Source: a virus (taxonomy: Duplodnaviria > Caudoviricetes). From it: a DNA stretch of 64,000 nucleotides. A model generated the notes under the pieces. That model saw only the letters and a program-made list of their open reading frames with translations, was not told where the DNA came from and did not search any database. The DNA is taken from the IMG/VR virus record IMGVR_UViG_3300028833_000068, positions 107,412 to 171,411 of that record; one strand, written 5' to 3'. Below, in pieces: positions 29,610 through 39,543 of the stretch (position 1 is the first letter of the stretch; the number at the start of each line of letters is the position of its first letter). The translations under genes were made by a program, and so were the position numbers.

Positions 29610-30493
29610 ATAATACAGAAACTTTTATAAAAAAAGCAATTAAAATACATGGAAACAAATATGACTATTCCAAAGTAAATTACATAAATGCGCATACAAA
29701 AATATGTATAGTTTGTCCAATTCATAGTGATTTCTGGATAAGACCAAATAATCACTTGAATGGACAAGGGTGTTCATATTGTGGTGGAACTAGAAAAGAT
29801 GATACATAAACATTTATTGAAAAAGCAAGAAAAATTCATGGAGATAAATATGATTACTCAAAGGTAGAATATAAAAATAACAAAACCAAAATATGTATTA
29901 CTTGTCCAACTCATGGGGATTTCTGGATGAAACCAAATGACCATCTAAATCATCATGGATGTCCAACTTGTGGAGGAACTAAAAAAATTAGGCAAAATGA
30001 AATAATTAATAAATTTAAAGAAGTTCATGGGAATAAATATGATTATTCAAAAGTAGAATATGTTAATGCGCATGCCAAAGTTTGTATTATTTGTCCTAAA
30101 CACGGAGAGTTTTGGCAACCTCCGCATGACCATTTAAAAGGTTGTGGATGCCCAACTTGTAATGAAAGCGCATTAGAAAAACATTTATTTGATTTTTTAA
30201 CTGATAGGAATATTTCATTTAAGTCCCAGAAAAAATTTAATTGGTTGGGAAAACAACGTTTAGATTTTTATATTCCAAAGTATAATATCGCAATAGAATG
30301 CCAAGGAATACAACACTTTGAAAATAGAGATTTCTTTGAACCATTAGAAATTATACAAGAAAGAGACAAACTAAAGAAACAACTTTGTGAAGAACACGGT
30401 ATTAAAGTGTTGTACTATAGCAACGTAGGTATAGAATACCCGTATCAAGTTTTTGAAAATAAAGAAGAACTTTTAAAAGAAATAATAAAATGA
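29606..30493 (+). pseudogene. Free-standing Zn-ribbon-repeat + Vsr-like (PD-D/ExK) endonuclease, interrupted by in-frame TAA at 29807-29809
   Basis: HG.KYDYSKV.Y...C..CP.H..FW..P..HL...GC..C repeats continue in frame through the TAA into ORF 29927..30493; LDFY.P...IAIECQG.QH nuclease motif. Confidence 0.82.
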
Positions 30494-30603
30494 ATAGTAT
30501 TAACGTAAAAAAAATGGAGGACTGCCAAGGCATCGGTGTTGTGTACGACATATCTCTGGACGGAACTGTGGTTAACGCCCTAGGAATGAACGTAATAAGC
30601 AAC
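30490..30603 (+). mobile_element. Split intein C-fragment (38 aa, ends Ser-Asn; Thr+1)
   Basis: Block F VYDISLD, block G NVISN followed by T. Confidence 0.88.
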
Positions 30604-32067
30604 ACCGATGGCTTCAACTTCCAAATGCCAAAGGAAGAAGATTTCCGCTATACAAAAGAACACCCATACGTCAGCACTGGCGAAGGACGTAACTCAGTTA
30701 AAGGTAAAGAATATACACGAGTCGATGCCGACGTTGCTGAGTTCGAAGACTTGTTCTTGTCCAAACCTTATAACGGCGGCATCAACAAAATGGGGTTAGG
30801 CATAGACGAGTACTGCGATGCTTGCATCCAATTCGCACGTAAGAACTATGCCGATTTGATGCCAGACGGTAAGACAAAGAAAGTTGGTAACACAATTAAG
30901 TCTCGTAAGATGAGTGGTTATCTTGAGAAATTTATTGATGAAGGTGTTGACTTATTATTAAGGAACAATGGCTATAAGTTCTTATCGAATTATTATGATT
31001 ACATCGACAAGATTTATAACTATCAGATTCCAATTAAGGATATTGCTTCAAAGGGCAACATCAAGAAGACATTGAAGGAATACACTGCTGATTGTGGAAC
31101 ACTTACAAAGGCTGGTTCAAAGAAATCACGTCAAGCTTGGTATGAACTTGCAATCAATGAAAACCTTAATGTAAACGTTGGTGACACTGTATTCTATATC
31201 AACACTGGTACAAAGAAAGGTCATACTGATGTAAAGCGTGTTACGCATTACTATTATTATCTTAATGGTGAAAAGACAGAAATCACCAAGGAAGTTGAAA
31301 AACTATACAAGGATAATACAAAGGAAGTTAAACTTAATGGTGGTGAAAAGAAATCTCGCATTGAACTAGCAAAGGAAAAGTATGGCAGTAAGGCATTTGA
31401 TGAGGATGAAATCATCCTTAACTGTAAGTTAGTACCAAATGAAATCCTTGATAAGGAAGAGGATGTGCTTTGCAGCGAATATGAAGGTCTTGAATACAAT
31501 GTGGAGAAATACATTGAGCAATTCAATAAGAGAATCACCCCATTGTTGGTTTGTTTCCATCCAGATATAAGAAATCAAATTCTTATAACCAATCCAAAGG
31601 ATAAGAAATTCTTTACTGAGGAGCAATCTAAACTTGTAAGCGGTTATCCAAATAAGGAAGGAGACCAAGACACATATGAGGCATTGATGACACCAGAGAG
31701 AAAAGAAATTGAATTTTGGCTTAAGATTAATGAAGTTCCGCCATTTGTTAAAGAATGCGGAATTGATTGGGATGGTCTTGTAGAGAAATACAAAAAAGAG
31801 GTTGAGGAAGAGAACAATGCATTATTCCAAGAGGAAAATCAGAAGTATCTCGAAATCCTTGAAGAGATTACCAATGATGAGGTTGAGGAATTTGAATCAG
31901 AAGGAAAAATACCAACAGCATTGGCATCAATTGTAACACTGAATGCAGCAGACATGAGGTTCTACTTCAAGAAAATGCCAGATAGAACGCCATCTACTGG
32001 TGGATTTGTCTTTGATGACATCCAATATAACTATGCTGAAACAGTAGATGCATTAGGAGACTTCTAA
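30490..32067 (+). CDS. polB: Family-B DNA polymerase, C-terminal part with split-intein C-fragment
   Basis: VYDIS...NVISN|TDG restores motif C (GD-TDG); RKNYA, K..G. Confidence 0.92.
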   Translation: MNSINVKKMEDCQGIGVVYDISLDGTVVNALGMNVISNTDGFNFQMPKEEDFRYTKEHPYVSTGEGRNSVKGKEYTRVDADVAEFEDLFLSKPYNGGINKMGLGIDEYCDACIQFARKNYADLMPDGKTKKVGNTIKSRKMSGYLEKFIDEGVDLLLRNNGYKFLSNYYDYIDKIYNYQIPIKDIASKGNIKKTLKEYTADCGTLTKAGSKKSRQAWYELAINENLNVNVGDTVFYINTGTKKGHTDVKRVTHYYYYLNGEKTEITKEVEKLYKDNTKEVKLNGGEKKSRIELAKEKYGSKAFDEDEIILNCKLVPNEILDKEEDVLCSEYEGLEYNVEKYIEQFNKRITPLLVCFHPDIRNQILITNPKDKKFFTEEQSKLVSGYPNKEGDQDTYEALMTPERKEIEFWLKINEVPPFVKECGIDWDGLVEKYKKEVEEENNALFQEENQKYLEILEEITNDEVEEFESEGKIPTALASIVTLNAADMRFYFKKMPDRTPSTGGFVFDDIQYNYAETVDALGDF

Positions 32068-32073
32068 AAAAAG

Positions 32074-32107
32074 AAAAAGAACTAAGTTTATTGCTTAGTT
32101 CTTTTTT
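32074..32107. terminator. Bidirectional terminator hairpin
   Basis: aaaaagaactaag...cttagttcttttt. Confidence 0.7.
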
Positions 32108-32378
32108 GTTTTCTTTCAATATATTCTAACTGTCTTAGTTTATTATCAATTGTTGTTTCAAATTCAATCATTTGGTTTCTAATAAACACTGTGATACCAA
32201 AGAATGCAAGTGCAACGCCAAGCATTGTCGTTCCAGCTGTTATAACTGGATACCCAATTGATAGCGTTACTATAAATGCTATGAAGTATAGTATGACTGC
32301 CGCAAATACTAATACAGTACCATTGATGATTTGCATTTTATCCCTAATTCCTATGTCTCTCCAACCTTCTCTTCTCAT
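32088..32378 (-). CDS. Small two-TM membrane protein (holin-like?)
   Basis: Two hydrophobic stretches, charged C-terminus. Confidence 0.5.
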   Translation of the reverse strand: MRREGWRDIGIRDKMQIINGTVLVFAAVILYFIAFIVTLSIGYPVITAGTTMLGVALAFFGITVFIRNQMIEFETTIDNKLRQLEYIERKQKRTKQ

Positions 32379-32395
32379 GCTTCTTGTTTTAGTAA

Positions 32396-34219
32396 TTATT
32401 TCTTATTCCAGCGTTTGGCGTTTTGAGCAAATACAGCCCTTTTACGAGTAAGTGGATTCTTTGAATGTGTTAGTTCTTCAGTAGATTTTCCAGTTGCCTT
32501 TTTGGTGGCATTAAACTTTCCTTTATTCTTTGGGTCAATCTCAATTGACTCTTCAACTTCATCCTTTATACCCAAACGTCTTCTAGCTTCTGCTCTTTCT
32601 TCTGGCGCAACTTGTTTCTTAAAACCCTTTCTGTGACCATGCGTTGACCTAATGAAACCCTTAGTGTTGGCTTGCTTTTGGGTATATTCCTTTATAATAT
32701 TTATTGCAGCTTCCTTAACAACTTGTTTAAGCTCTTGTTCTGTGACTTTTATTGGCTTCTTGGATTCATCAATCCCATCACCTTCTTTCATGCCTAGTTT
32801 TTTAAACATTTTCATTAAATATGGCTCTAACTTAGATGGCATTTTTGATGCTGGGCCGTATGTCTCTTCATATGGAAGCCAAGTACCGTCATTATAAAGT
32901 TCGACATCCCATTCACCATTATTCTGTACCTCTTTATAACTGTCTAGTAATGCCCAGTATGCACGACAATCAGCCATATCTAACACAGCAACCAATTGTC
33001 CATCACCATATTTCATTCTAGAAACTTTACGTCTAGTTTTTTCGGCTTCTCTACGTCTTTTAGCATCTTCCTTTCTCCTTAAAGCTGAAGATTCTTTTGC
33101 TTTAGTTTTTGCCTCTATTTTATCTTGCTCTGCTTTTTTTGATGCTAGGTCACTATATGTGTTTTGCCAGTTATCACTGTCTTTTACCCCATGATTAGGA
33201 AAATCAGTATCTGTTTGCTGTTTAAACCATTTATTCCTTTCATAAAAATCACCCATTGGGATTTGAGAATAATCAATCTCATTGATAATCTGCATTGCAG
33301 CTTCCTTAATAACTTGTTTAAGTTCAGATTCGGTTAACTTAACTTGTTTATTTATTTCTTTATCTTCAATCACTCGATTATTCTTAGGCCATAACACAAT
33401 GCAAGTATCATAACGAGAAAATGGGTCTTCAACAGTTCCACAAGCCATGCACTTGATATAACCACTAATCTTCATTCCATCATCGAACATGATATTAATT
33501 GCATATTGCTTTGAACGTGGCATACCATCTTCAGCATAATCACAATAACCGCCATCTGATTCCATGCTGTCAGCATTTTCTATATGACCACAAGGTTTCA
33601 TTTCAACCTCACAACCCAATGAAGATATTGCTCTATAATAATCTGATATCGCTTGCCAATTCTCATCATGATAAACTCTAGAATCAATACCATATTTCTT
33701 TACAATTCTATATATTTGATTGATTCTTGCTTGAATTGACTTTGGCTTTCTGCCCATAAACTTATCAACCTCATCGTGTCTTCCCAAGTTTTTTGGCATA
33801 GACTCTGTTAACTTCTCTCTAAGCCTATTTTTAAGCTCTTCCTTGAGCGTGAAGTTAACAAGGTATAACTTTCTCTGCATATCACCAATAAAACTCTCAC
33901 ATTCGCTCTTAATGCCTATATAATTCTCACCCATCCCTTCAAGTTCCTTTAAGAAATCCTTGGAATCTGAGATGACATCTTCAACAAATGCTTTCAAAGT
34001 GGTTTCATTAGCTTCTTCTGGAGTTAATGCATTCAACTTAATCTTTCCACTGATGGACTGTTCAACCTCAGACACCAAATCCTCAAAATCAGAGATAGAA
34101 CTTGCAATGTCATCACAAAGCTCATGTTGTGACATATTATCAGCACTCCAATGGAAATTCTTAATTTCTACCTTCCACTTCTCGCATTTATTTATAAAAC
34201 TTAATATTTTCTTATTCAT
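32396..34219 (-). CDS. Multi-module tagged protein: ferritin/Dps-like N-terminal domain + unknown domains + basic C-terminal module
   Basis: FHW...QHE..D....FED...E (ferritin-like); two copies of [L/V]TE.ELKQV.KEAA..II.E; C-terminal IEIDPKNKGKF...HSKNPLTRKRAVFAQNAKRW. Confidence 0.65.
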   Translation of the reverse strand: MNKKILSFINKCEKWKVEIKNFHWSADNMSQHELCDDIASSISDFEDLVSEVEQSISGKIKLNALTPEEANETTLKAFVEDVISDSKDFLKELEGMGENYIGIKSECESFIGDMQRKLYLVNFTLKEELKNRLREKLTESMPKNLGRHDEVDKFMGRKPKSIQARINQIYRIVKKYGIDSRVYHDENWQAISDYYRAISSLGCEVEMKPCGHIENADSMESDGGYCDYAEDGMPRSKQYAINIMFDDGMKISGYIKCMACGTVEDPFSRYDTCIVLWPKNNRVIEDKEINKQVKLTESELKQVIKEAAMQIINEIDYSQIPMGDFYERNKWFKQQTDTDFPNHGVKDSDNWQNTYSDLASKKAEQDKIEAKTKAKESSALRRKEDAKRRREAEKTRRKVSRMKYGDGQLVAVLDMADCRAYWALLDSYKEVQNNGEWDVELYNDGTWLPYEETYGPASKMPSKLEPYLMKMFKKLGMKEGDGIDESKKPIKVTEQELKQVVKEAAINIIKEYTQKQANTKGFIRSTHGHRKGFKKQVAPEERAEARRRLGIKDEVEESIEIDPKNKGKFNATKKATGKSTEELTHSKNPLTRKRAVFAQNAKRWNKK

Positions 34220-34240
34220 GACTTTTAATTTATTCTTCCT

Positions 34241-34249
34241 ATAAATATC
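34241..34249 (-). promoter_or_regulatory. Putative late-promoter motif GATATTTAT
   Basis: About 22 nt upstream of 34219. Confidence 0.6.
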
Positions 34250-34301
34250 TTTTTATAACTAAATGTTTGCTTATTTTGATATAAATTTATCTTTTATATA
34301 T

Positions 34302-34684
34302 ATGAATAATGGAAAACGATTAACAAATCAAGAAGCATTAGAAAGAATACAAGAAAATATGTTCATGATTGCAGAAGTAAAATATTACCTTGGTTAAAAC
34401 ATAAGATTTCAATGTCTTTAGATTTCTATCTACCAGAATACAAAATAGCAATTGAATGCCAAGGAAGACAGCACTTCGAACCAGTTCTTGACTTCGGAGG
34501 GAATAAAGCATTCGAAGAAAGCCTAGAAAGAGATAGAAGAAAACTGTTGTTATGTAAGGAACACGGAGTCAAATTATTATACTATGACAGCGAACGTGGG
34601 CATACAGAATTTTTAGGAGAAAAAGTTTACAATGAAGAAAATAAAATATTAAAAGAAATAACTAGTTATGGAGAAAAAAATTAA
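34302..34684 (+). pseudogene. Internally deleted/frameshifted Vsr-like endonuclease
   Basis: MNNGKRLTNQEALERIQE start joined out of frame to ...PWLKHKISMSLDFYLPEYKIAIECQGRQHF nuclease domain (ORF 34412..34684). Confidence 0.65.
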
Positions 34685-35885
34685 AATGTTGGTCATTCCC
34701 AGTGACCATACAGGTGTGGGATTTTACAGGTCGGTAGGTCCACACAAGTACATTGCAGAGCACTACGGTGATGAGTTTGACGTTGACATTGTTTACAGTA
34801 TGCCGAATGGTGATTTGGAAAAGTTTTTGAGTCAATATGACTTGATTCACATTCACAAACAGCTTGATAAGGAATGTAAGATTATGGATATGATTAAGTT
34901 CTTAGGTATTCCAGTAATCATTGACATTGATGACCACTACCTTTTGGGAAACGACCATCCAATGTCTTTAACAGCCAAAAAGGAGAGATGGCATGAGCCA
35001 ATTATCAATCATCTAAAGAAGGCTGATTATGTTACAACTACAACACCAATTTTTGCAGAGGTGATAAAGAAACATAATAAGAACGTTGCAGTATTTCCAA
35101 ATGCAATTGACCCAAAGGAAGAGCAGTTTGCAGTGCCCAAGACAGCAATGGGTGATAAGCTAAGAGTTGGTATTATTTGTGGTTCTTCGCACTTAAAGGA
35201 CTTGCAGTTGCTTGATGGCATTGCAAAACAAGTTGATAAGGATAAGGTACAGTTTGTGCTTTGTGGCTTCGATACAAGGGGAAATAGAACCATTTATAAT
35301 CAACAGACTGGAGAGAAAACAACACGTCCAATTCTCCCAGAGGAATCAGTATGGTGTGATTATGAGAAGATTTTCACTGATAACTATAACACAATTTCAC
35401 CTGAGCATAAGGAGTTCTTGATGAAATATATGCCAAATGTTGATGACCCATTTACCAATGAACCATACCGTAGAATGTGGACAAGAGACATCAATAAGTA
35501 TGCAACGCATTATGCGAATGTTGATGTATTAATTGCACCGCTTAAGGAAAATGAGTTCAATAAGGTTAAGTCTCAACTTAAGGAGACTGAATGTGGTTTT
35601 ACTCATACGGCATTTATTGGTCAGAACTTTGGCGCATACACCATTGACCTTGTACCAATGATTGAGAAGGGTGGCAAGATTAACGAGAACGGCACTGCTT
35701 TGCTTGTAGACTCGTCAAAGAACCACAAGCAATGGGCAAAGTACATTAACAAGCTTGCTGATGATAGAGAGATGCTTAAGAAGCTTCAAGACAACCTTGC
35801 AGAGTTTGTAGAGAAGACTTACTCGATGGAGAAGGTTTGCAATGACAGAGTTGAATTTTATAAGTCAATAGTTAATAAAGGATAA
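34668..35885 (+). CDS. Glycosyltransferase (GT-B/GT4-like)
   Basis: GVGFYRS, IDIDD, AD.VTTTT, PNAID, DVLIAPL..NEFN.VKSQLK..E. Confidence 0.85.
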   Translation: MEKKIKMLVIPSDHTGVGFYRSVGPHKYIAEHYGDEFDVDIVYSMPNGDLEKFLSQYDLIHIHKQLDKECKIMDMIKFLGIPVIIDIDDHYLLGNDHPMSLTAKKERWHEPIINHLKKADYVTTTTPIFAEVIKKHNKNVAVFPNAIDPKEEQFAVPKTAMGDKLRVGIICGSSHLKDLQLLDGIAKQVDKDKVQFVLCGFDTRGNRTIYNQQTGEKTTRPILPEESVWCDYEKIFTDNYNTISPEHKEFLMKYMPNVDDPFTNEPYRRMWTRDINKYATHYANVDVLIAPLKENEFNKVKSQLKETECGFTHTAFIGQNFGAYTIDLVPMIEKGGKINENGTALLVDSSKNHKQWAKYINKLADDREMLKKLQDNLAEFVEKTYSMEKVCNDRVEFYKSIVNKG

Positions 35886-35888
35886 GAT

Positions 35889-36056
35889 ATGAGAGATTAT
35901 AAACGAGGAGATATTGTTGCCACATTAGAGGGGACATTTTTAGTTTCTGAGGTAATAGAGGCGATTAATCCATTTACATTTATGGCAGAGCCTTGTGTAA
36001 TGGTTTATTGGTATGGTACAGAACGCAAAATTCCTTACAATAGGATTATTGGTTAA
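35889..36056 (+). CDS. Small hypothetical protein (55 aa)
   Basis: MRDYKRGDIVATLEG...RIIG*, below the ORF-track cutoff. Confidence 0.45.
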   Translation: MRDYKRGDIVATLEGTFLVSEVIEAINPFTFMAEPCVMVYWYGTERKIPYNRIIG

Positions 36057-36062
36057 AAAGAA

Positions 36063-36093
36063 AAAAGAGTGTGGGTTTGTTCCTCACTCTTTT
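36063..36093. terminator. Bidirectional terminator hairpin
   Basis: aaaagagtg...cactctttt. Confidence 0.65.
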
Positions 36094-36094
36094 A

Positions 36095-36634
36095 TTATGC
36101 TGTAAATTCTGTAGAATCAACACTATAACCTTCCCACGTAATCCATAACCTAGTCGTACCCCATAAACTATGGGCATTGGCATAACCATTATTAATTGCA
36201 TTAAGAACAAAATATTCAGAATGCTCTGGAGTAACTTGCACCATAATATAATCCCCCTTTTTAGCATCAACATTAAGCTCTTTTAATGTCTCTGGGTAAA
36301 CACCAATTGTTATCTTTCCTGGCTTCATATAAGTGCCAAGTTGTTTTGACTTGTCATATGACTTTAGTTCTGGTTCTTCTATCTTATACGTACACGGTAT
36401 TTCTATTGGGGTTTTAAACTGTATATTATTAGACTCTGTTTCTCCATAGACTGCATCGGTTTGGGTATTGGATGCATCAAATTGATATAGGACTACGGTT
36501 TGTCCCATATCTTGTTCTATATAATCCTTTCCAATTTCTCTTTCTAGGTCAAACATCTCTGCATCATAGAATAGAGAGTTTCTGTTGATTGGAACACGTC
36601 TTACGCTATTTGTGTTAAATTTTAAATTTGCCAT
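36095..36634 (-). CDS. Putative neck/head-closure protein (gp14-like)
   Basis: GQTVVLY...D.VYGE....F..P...GD.I pattern typical of head-closure proteins. Confidence 0.5.
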   Translation of the reverse strand: MANLKFNTNSVRRVPINRNSLFYDAEMFDLEREIGKDYIEQDMGQTVVLYQFDASNTQTDAVYGETESNNIQFKTPIEIPCTYKIEEPELKSYDKSKQLGTYMKPGKITIGVYPETLKELNVDAKKGDYIMVQVTPEHSEYFVLNAINNGYANAHSLWGTTRLWITWEGYSVDSTEFTA

Positions 36635-36646
36635 ATTTTACCTTTA

Positions 36647-37438
36647 TTAGGATTTATAATGTTTTTCCCAAACATCTAGGTTAAGTCCACTATCAAGAAC
36701 CACAATCGTTGGGTTTCCATCTCTGTTAACTATTCCAAAGTTTGCCAATTGAACAAAATCGCTCATTTTGGTATCTATTACTAACTTAATAAACTCTTGT
36801 AACCATTGTGACTTATTTATTGCATCTTGGCAATTTTTATCATAATATTCTTCTCCCAAGACATAATTTGCTTCAATATACATTAATATATCAGTCATTG
36901 ATAGTTCTGACATTTCATTTGGTTTTTTTATGTTGTCAAAATACTTATTAAAGCCTATTTTTTTATCACCATTATTTCTAGAAAAATCATCACTACTTTG
37001 AACTGAATTTTGGTGATAAAAATGATAAAATGGTATTCCCAATATCTTTTCAAAATCCTCTTCAGTACAAGGTAATACTGCCTCTGAAACCAAGAACGTG
37101 AAATTCTTATCATAGTTAAACACTCTAGCTAATAATGGAGAATCAACTACTTGGAATAGTGTATATTCTTGTAGGTTTTGGTCAATTCCAGCTTCATATC
37201 TTCTTCCGTATGCAAGTTTTAACACCAAGTTATCATTTAACGTGAATACGCATCTAGAGCTACCCATAGAATCTGGGTATCCTAACCACCTTCTACAGTA
37301 TTCCATCTGAGGAACACTATTGTCCTCGTTTGCAAATGCGCTATCAGCAATCATTGATAGTTCTTTAAGTGAAAACCCTTCTTGATATGCTTCAAACAAC
37401 CTTTTTCTCTGTGATTCATTTATTTTAACTAATTTCAT
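36647..37438 (-). CDS. Protein-kinase-like fold protein with N-terminal tag
   Basis: GSSR Gly-loop, VLK, N..E, D....N catalytic loop, LDSG; N-terminus MKLVKINESQRKRLFE. Confidence 0.65.
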   Translation of the reverse strand: MKLVKINESQRKRLFEAYQEGFSLKELSMIADSAFANEDNSVPQMEYCRRWLGYPDSMGSSRCVFTLNDNLVLKLAYGRRYEAGIDQNLQEYTLFQVVDSPLLARVFNYDKNFTFLVSEAVLPCTEEDFEKILGIPFYHFYHQNSVQSSDDFSRNNGDKKIGFNKYFDNIKKPNEMSELSMTDILMYIEANYVLGEEYYDKNCQDAINKSQWLQEFIKLVIDTKMSDFVQLANFGIVNRDGNPTIVVLDSGLNLDVWEKHYKS

Positions 37439-37459
37439 TACAATAATACAATTTATTAT

Positions 37460-37468
37460 ATAAATATC
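37460..37468 (-). promoter_or_regulatory. Putative late-promoter motif GATATTTAT
   Basis: About 22 nt upstream of 37438. Confidence 0.6.
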
Positions 37469-37542
37469 TCATTTTTTTCGTTTAAACACTTGTTTTTTAC
37501 AGAAATTTTCTTATATTTTATACGTGTATAAAATATAAGAAA

Positions 37543-39498
37543 ATGGCATTATCATTAAAAAAAATTGAAGAGGCATATAATAAGTTAAAGGAATACAAGG
37601 GCGATAACTCTTATATCACGAAACTCAAGAACACCATCATTACTTATCAAACTAGGTCAATGAATGATTTTGAGTCAGAATATGTCTTGTCCAATTGGGA
37701 TAGAGAACCGTTCGAAGTTAACAAGATGGTTATGGTTGCTGATTGGTATGGGGAGAAACTACAAGAGAAGTGGGAGATTGAGTTTATTCCAAAGAAACTG
37801 AAGATTACTTGGTTCTTGGGTGAGACTGATACTCACTATCATTTCTATTGTATATATAGAAGGTCACAAGACAAGGCTGTTGAACTATTTGCACCAAAGA
37901 AGGGCATACTGACTGACTTCTTGATGGAAGACTACCATGATGTTGAGTTTGATGCCTCAAAGTATATAACAGAAAAGAGGATTCCATTACCCCATCAAGT
38001 TGATGCTGCAAAGTTTATGCTTTCTAGAAAGAGGTGCATTATAGCAGATGAGATGGGAAGTGGCAAAAGCTGTAGCGCAATCTTAGCAGCACTTGAGGGT
38101 AATTACGAACATGTGCTGATTGTATGCCCAGCGTCAGTTAAGAAGACGTGGGAGAAAGAACTGAAGTTCTACGTTAAGGATGAAGATATAACCATAGTTC
38201 AAGGTTCTAAATGGGATGATGCAAAGTTTACTATAATTAACTTTGATATTTTAGATAATTTTTATGAAATACCAGAACAGATAGTTAAAACAAGTGAATT
38301 GAATGTTGATGACGATGGTAATGTTATTAGGGAGTATAAGGAGAAAAAAATCGTCTCTAGGAGCAAGAAAATCATTGATGAGGCAATGAGTAAGAGTCAA
38401 TTGTTTCAGAGTCACTACGACCTTGTAATCATTGATGAGGCTCATAGATTGTCTAATAATACATCTGGGCGTTTTAAAATCATCTCTGACCTTTTAAAAA
38501 GGCTTAATCCAAAAGGAATATTTGAGTTAACTGGCACCATGATTACCAATTCGACACAGAACTTAAGAAATCTTCTTAAACTGATTGATTTGCCTATTGC
38601 AAAAGATTGGCAATACTTTATGGAAAGGTATTGTGGTGCAAAGTTCTTTTATAAGAAGAATGAAAGGAATGCATATACTGCAATGTTCTTAAAGGATAAG
38701 AAAAAAGCAACTTGGTATGACTTATCTCAAGATGAGAAGAAGGAGTTGGATGAACTATTGGAAAAGAAATGTAAGAAGCTTTGTATTCCAGGAGAAGATA
38801 CCAATATGGAAGAACTTCAAGAGATTATTAAACCTTATTATCTTAGAAGACTTAAGACTGATTTTGCTACAATGCCAAAGAAAACTGTTAAGTGCCTTCA
38901 TTATGAAATGACAGATGAAGAACAAAAATCATATGATGAATTATGGGATAAATATCTTGAACTTCAAGAGGATAAGGAAAAAACTGAAAAGAACAAAAAG
39001 TTAATTGAGGTTTCGCTCATGAGACAATGGCTTGCTGATAAAATGATAACAAGGACAATTGATTTAACTAGAAAATGTATCGATGTTGGAAGAAAGGTAA
39101 TCATATTCTGTGCATATGACAATGAGATAAACAAGTTTATCGAGGAATTTGGCGATATTTGTGTGTATCATAATGGCAAGCTAAATGAGAAAAAGAAAAA
39201 TGAGGCTGTTGAGAAATTCCAAAATGATGATAATATAAAAGTTTTTATAGGTAATATAGTTAGTTCAGGCGTGGGTATAACTCTTACGAAAGCATCAGTT
39301 GTTATTTTTAACTCATTTTCTTTTACCCCTAGTGATTGTAAACAATGTGAAGACCGTGTGTATCGTATTGGGCAAAATAAAAACTGTACAATTTATTATC
39401 AATCATTTAATGGAACTTACTTTGATAGAATGTTAGAGATTATACATAATAAAGAATACGTAATAAATAAAATAGTTTTAACTGAGAAAGAAAAATAA
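37543..39498 (+). CDS. SNF2-family DEAH helicase
   Basis: ADEMGSGKS, IVCPAS, IIDEAH, LTGT, G.GITL, Q.EDR.YRIGQ. Confidence 0.92.
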   Translation: MALSLKKIEEAYNKLKEYKGDNSYITKLKNTIITYQTRSMNDFESEYVLSNWDREPFEVNKMVMVADWYGEKLQEKWEIEFIPKKLKITWFLGETDTHYHFYCIYRRSQDKAVELFAPKKGILTDFLMEDYHDVEFDASKYITEKRIPLPHQVDAAKFMLSRKRCIIADEMGSGKSCSAILAALEGNYEHVLIVCPASVKKTWEKELKFYVKDEDITIVQGSKWDDAKFTIINFDILDNFYEIPEQIVKTSELNVDDDGNVIREYKEKKIVSRSKKIIDEAMSKSQLFQSHYDLVIIDEAHRLSNNTSGRFKIISDLLKRLNPKGIFELTGTMITNSTQNLRNLLKLIDLPIAKDWQYFMERYCGAKFFYKKNERNAYTAMFLKDKKKATWYDLSQDEKKELDELLEKKCKKLCIPGEDTNMEELQEIIKPYYLRRLKTDFATMPKKTVKCLHYEMTDEEQKSYDELWDKYLELQEDKEKTEKNKKLIEVSLMRQWLADKMITRTIDLTRKCIDVGRKVIIFCAYDNEINKFIEEFGDICVYHNGKLNEKKKNEAVEKFQNDDNIKVFIGNIVSSGVGITLTKASVVIFNSFSFTPSDCKQCEDRVYRIGQNKNCTIYYQSFNGTYFDRMLEIIHNKEYVINKIVLTEKEK

Positions 39499-39543
39499 TT
39501 CTTCGGATATTGCATATAATTTTTTATTTTTTATAAAAAGACT

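Noticed and set aside
29807-29809. Programmed TAA read-through in the endonuclease
   Set aside because: Single case; TAA is a common stop here; a point mutation or sequencing error is simpler
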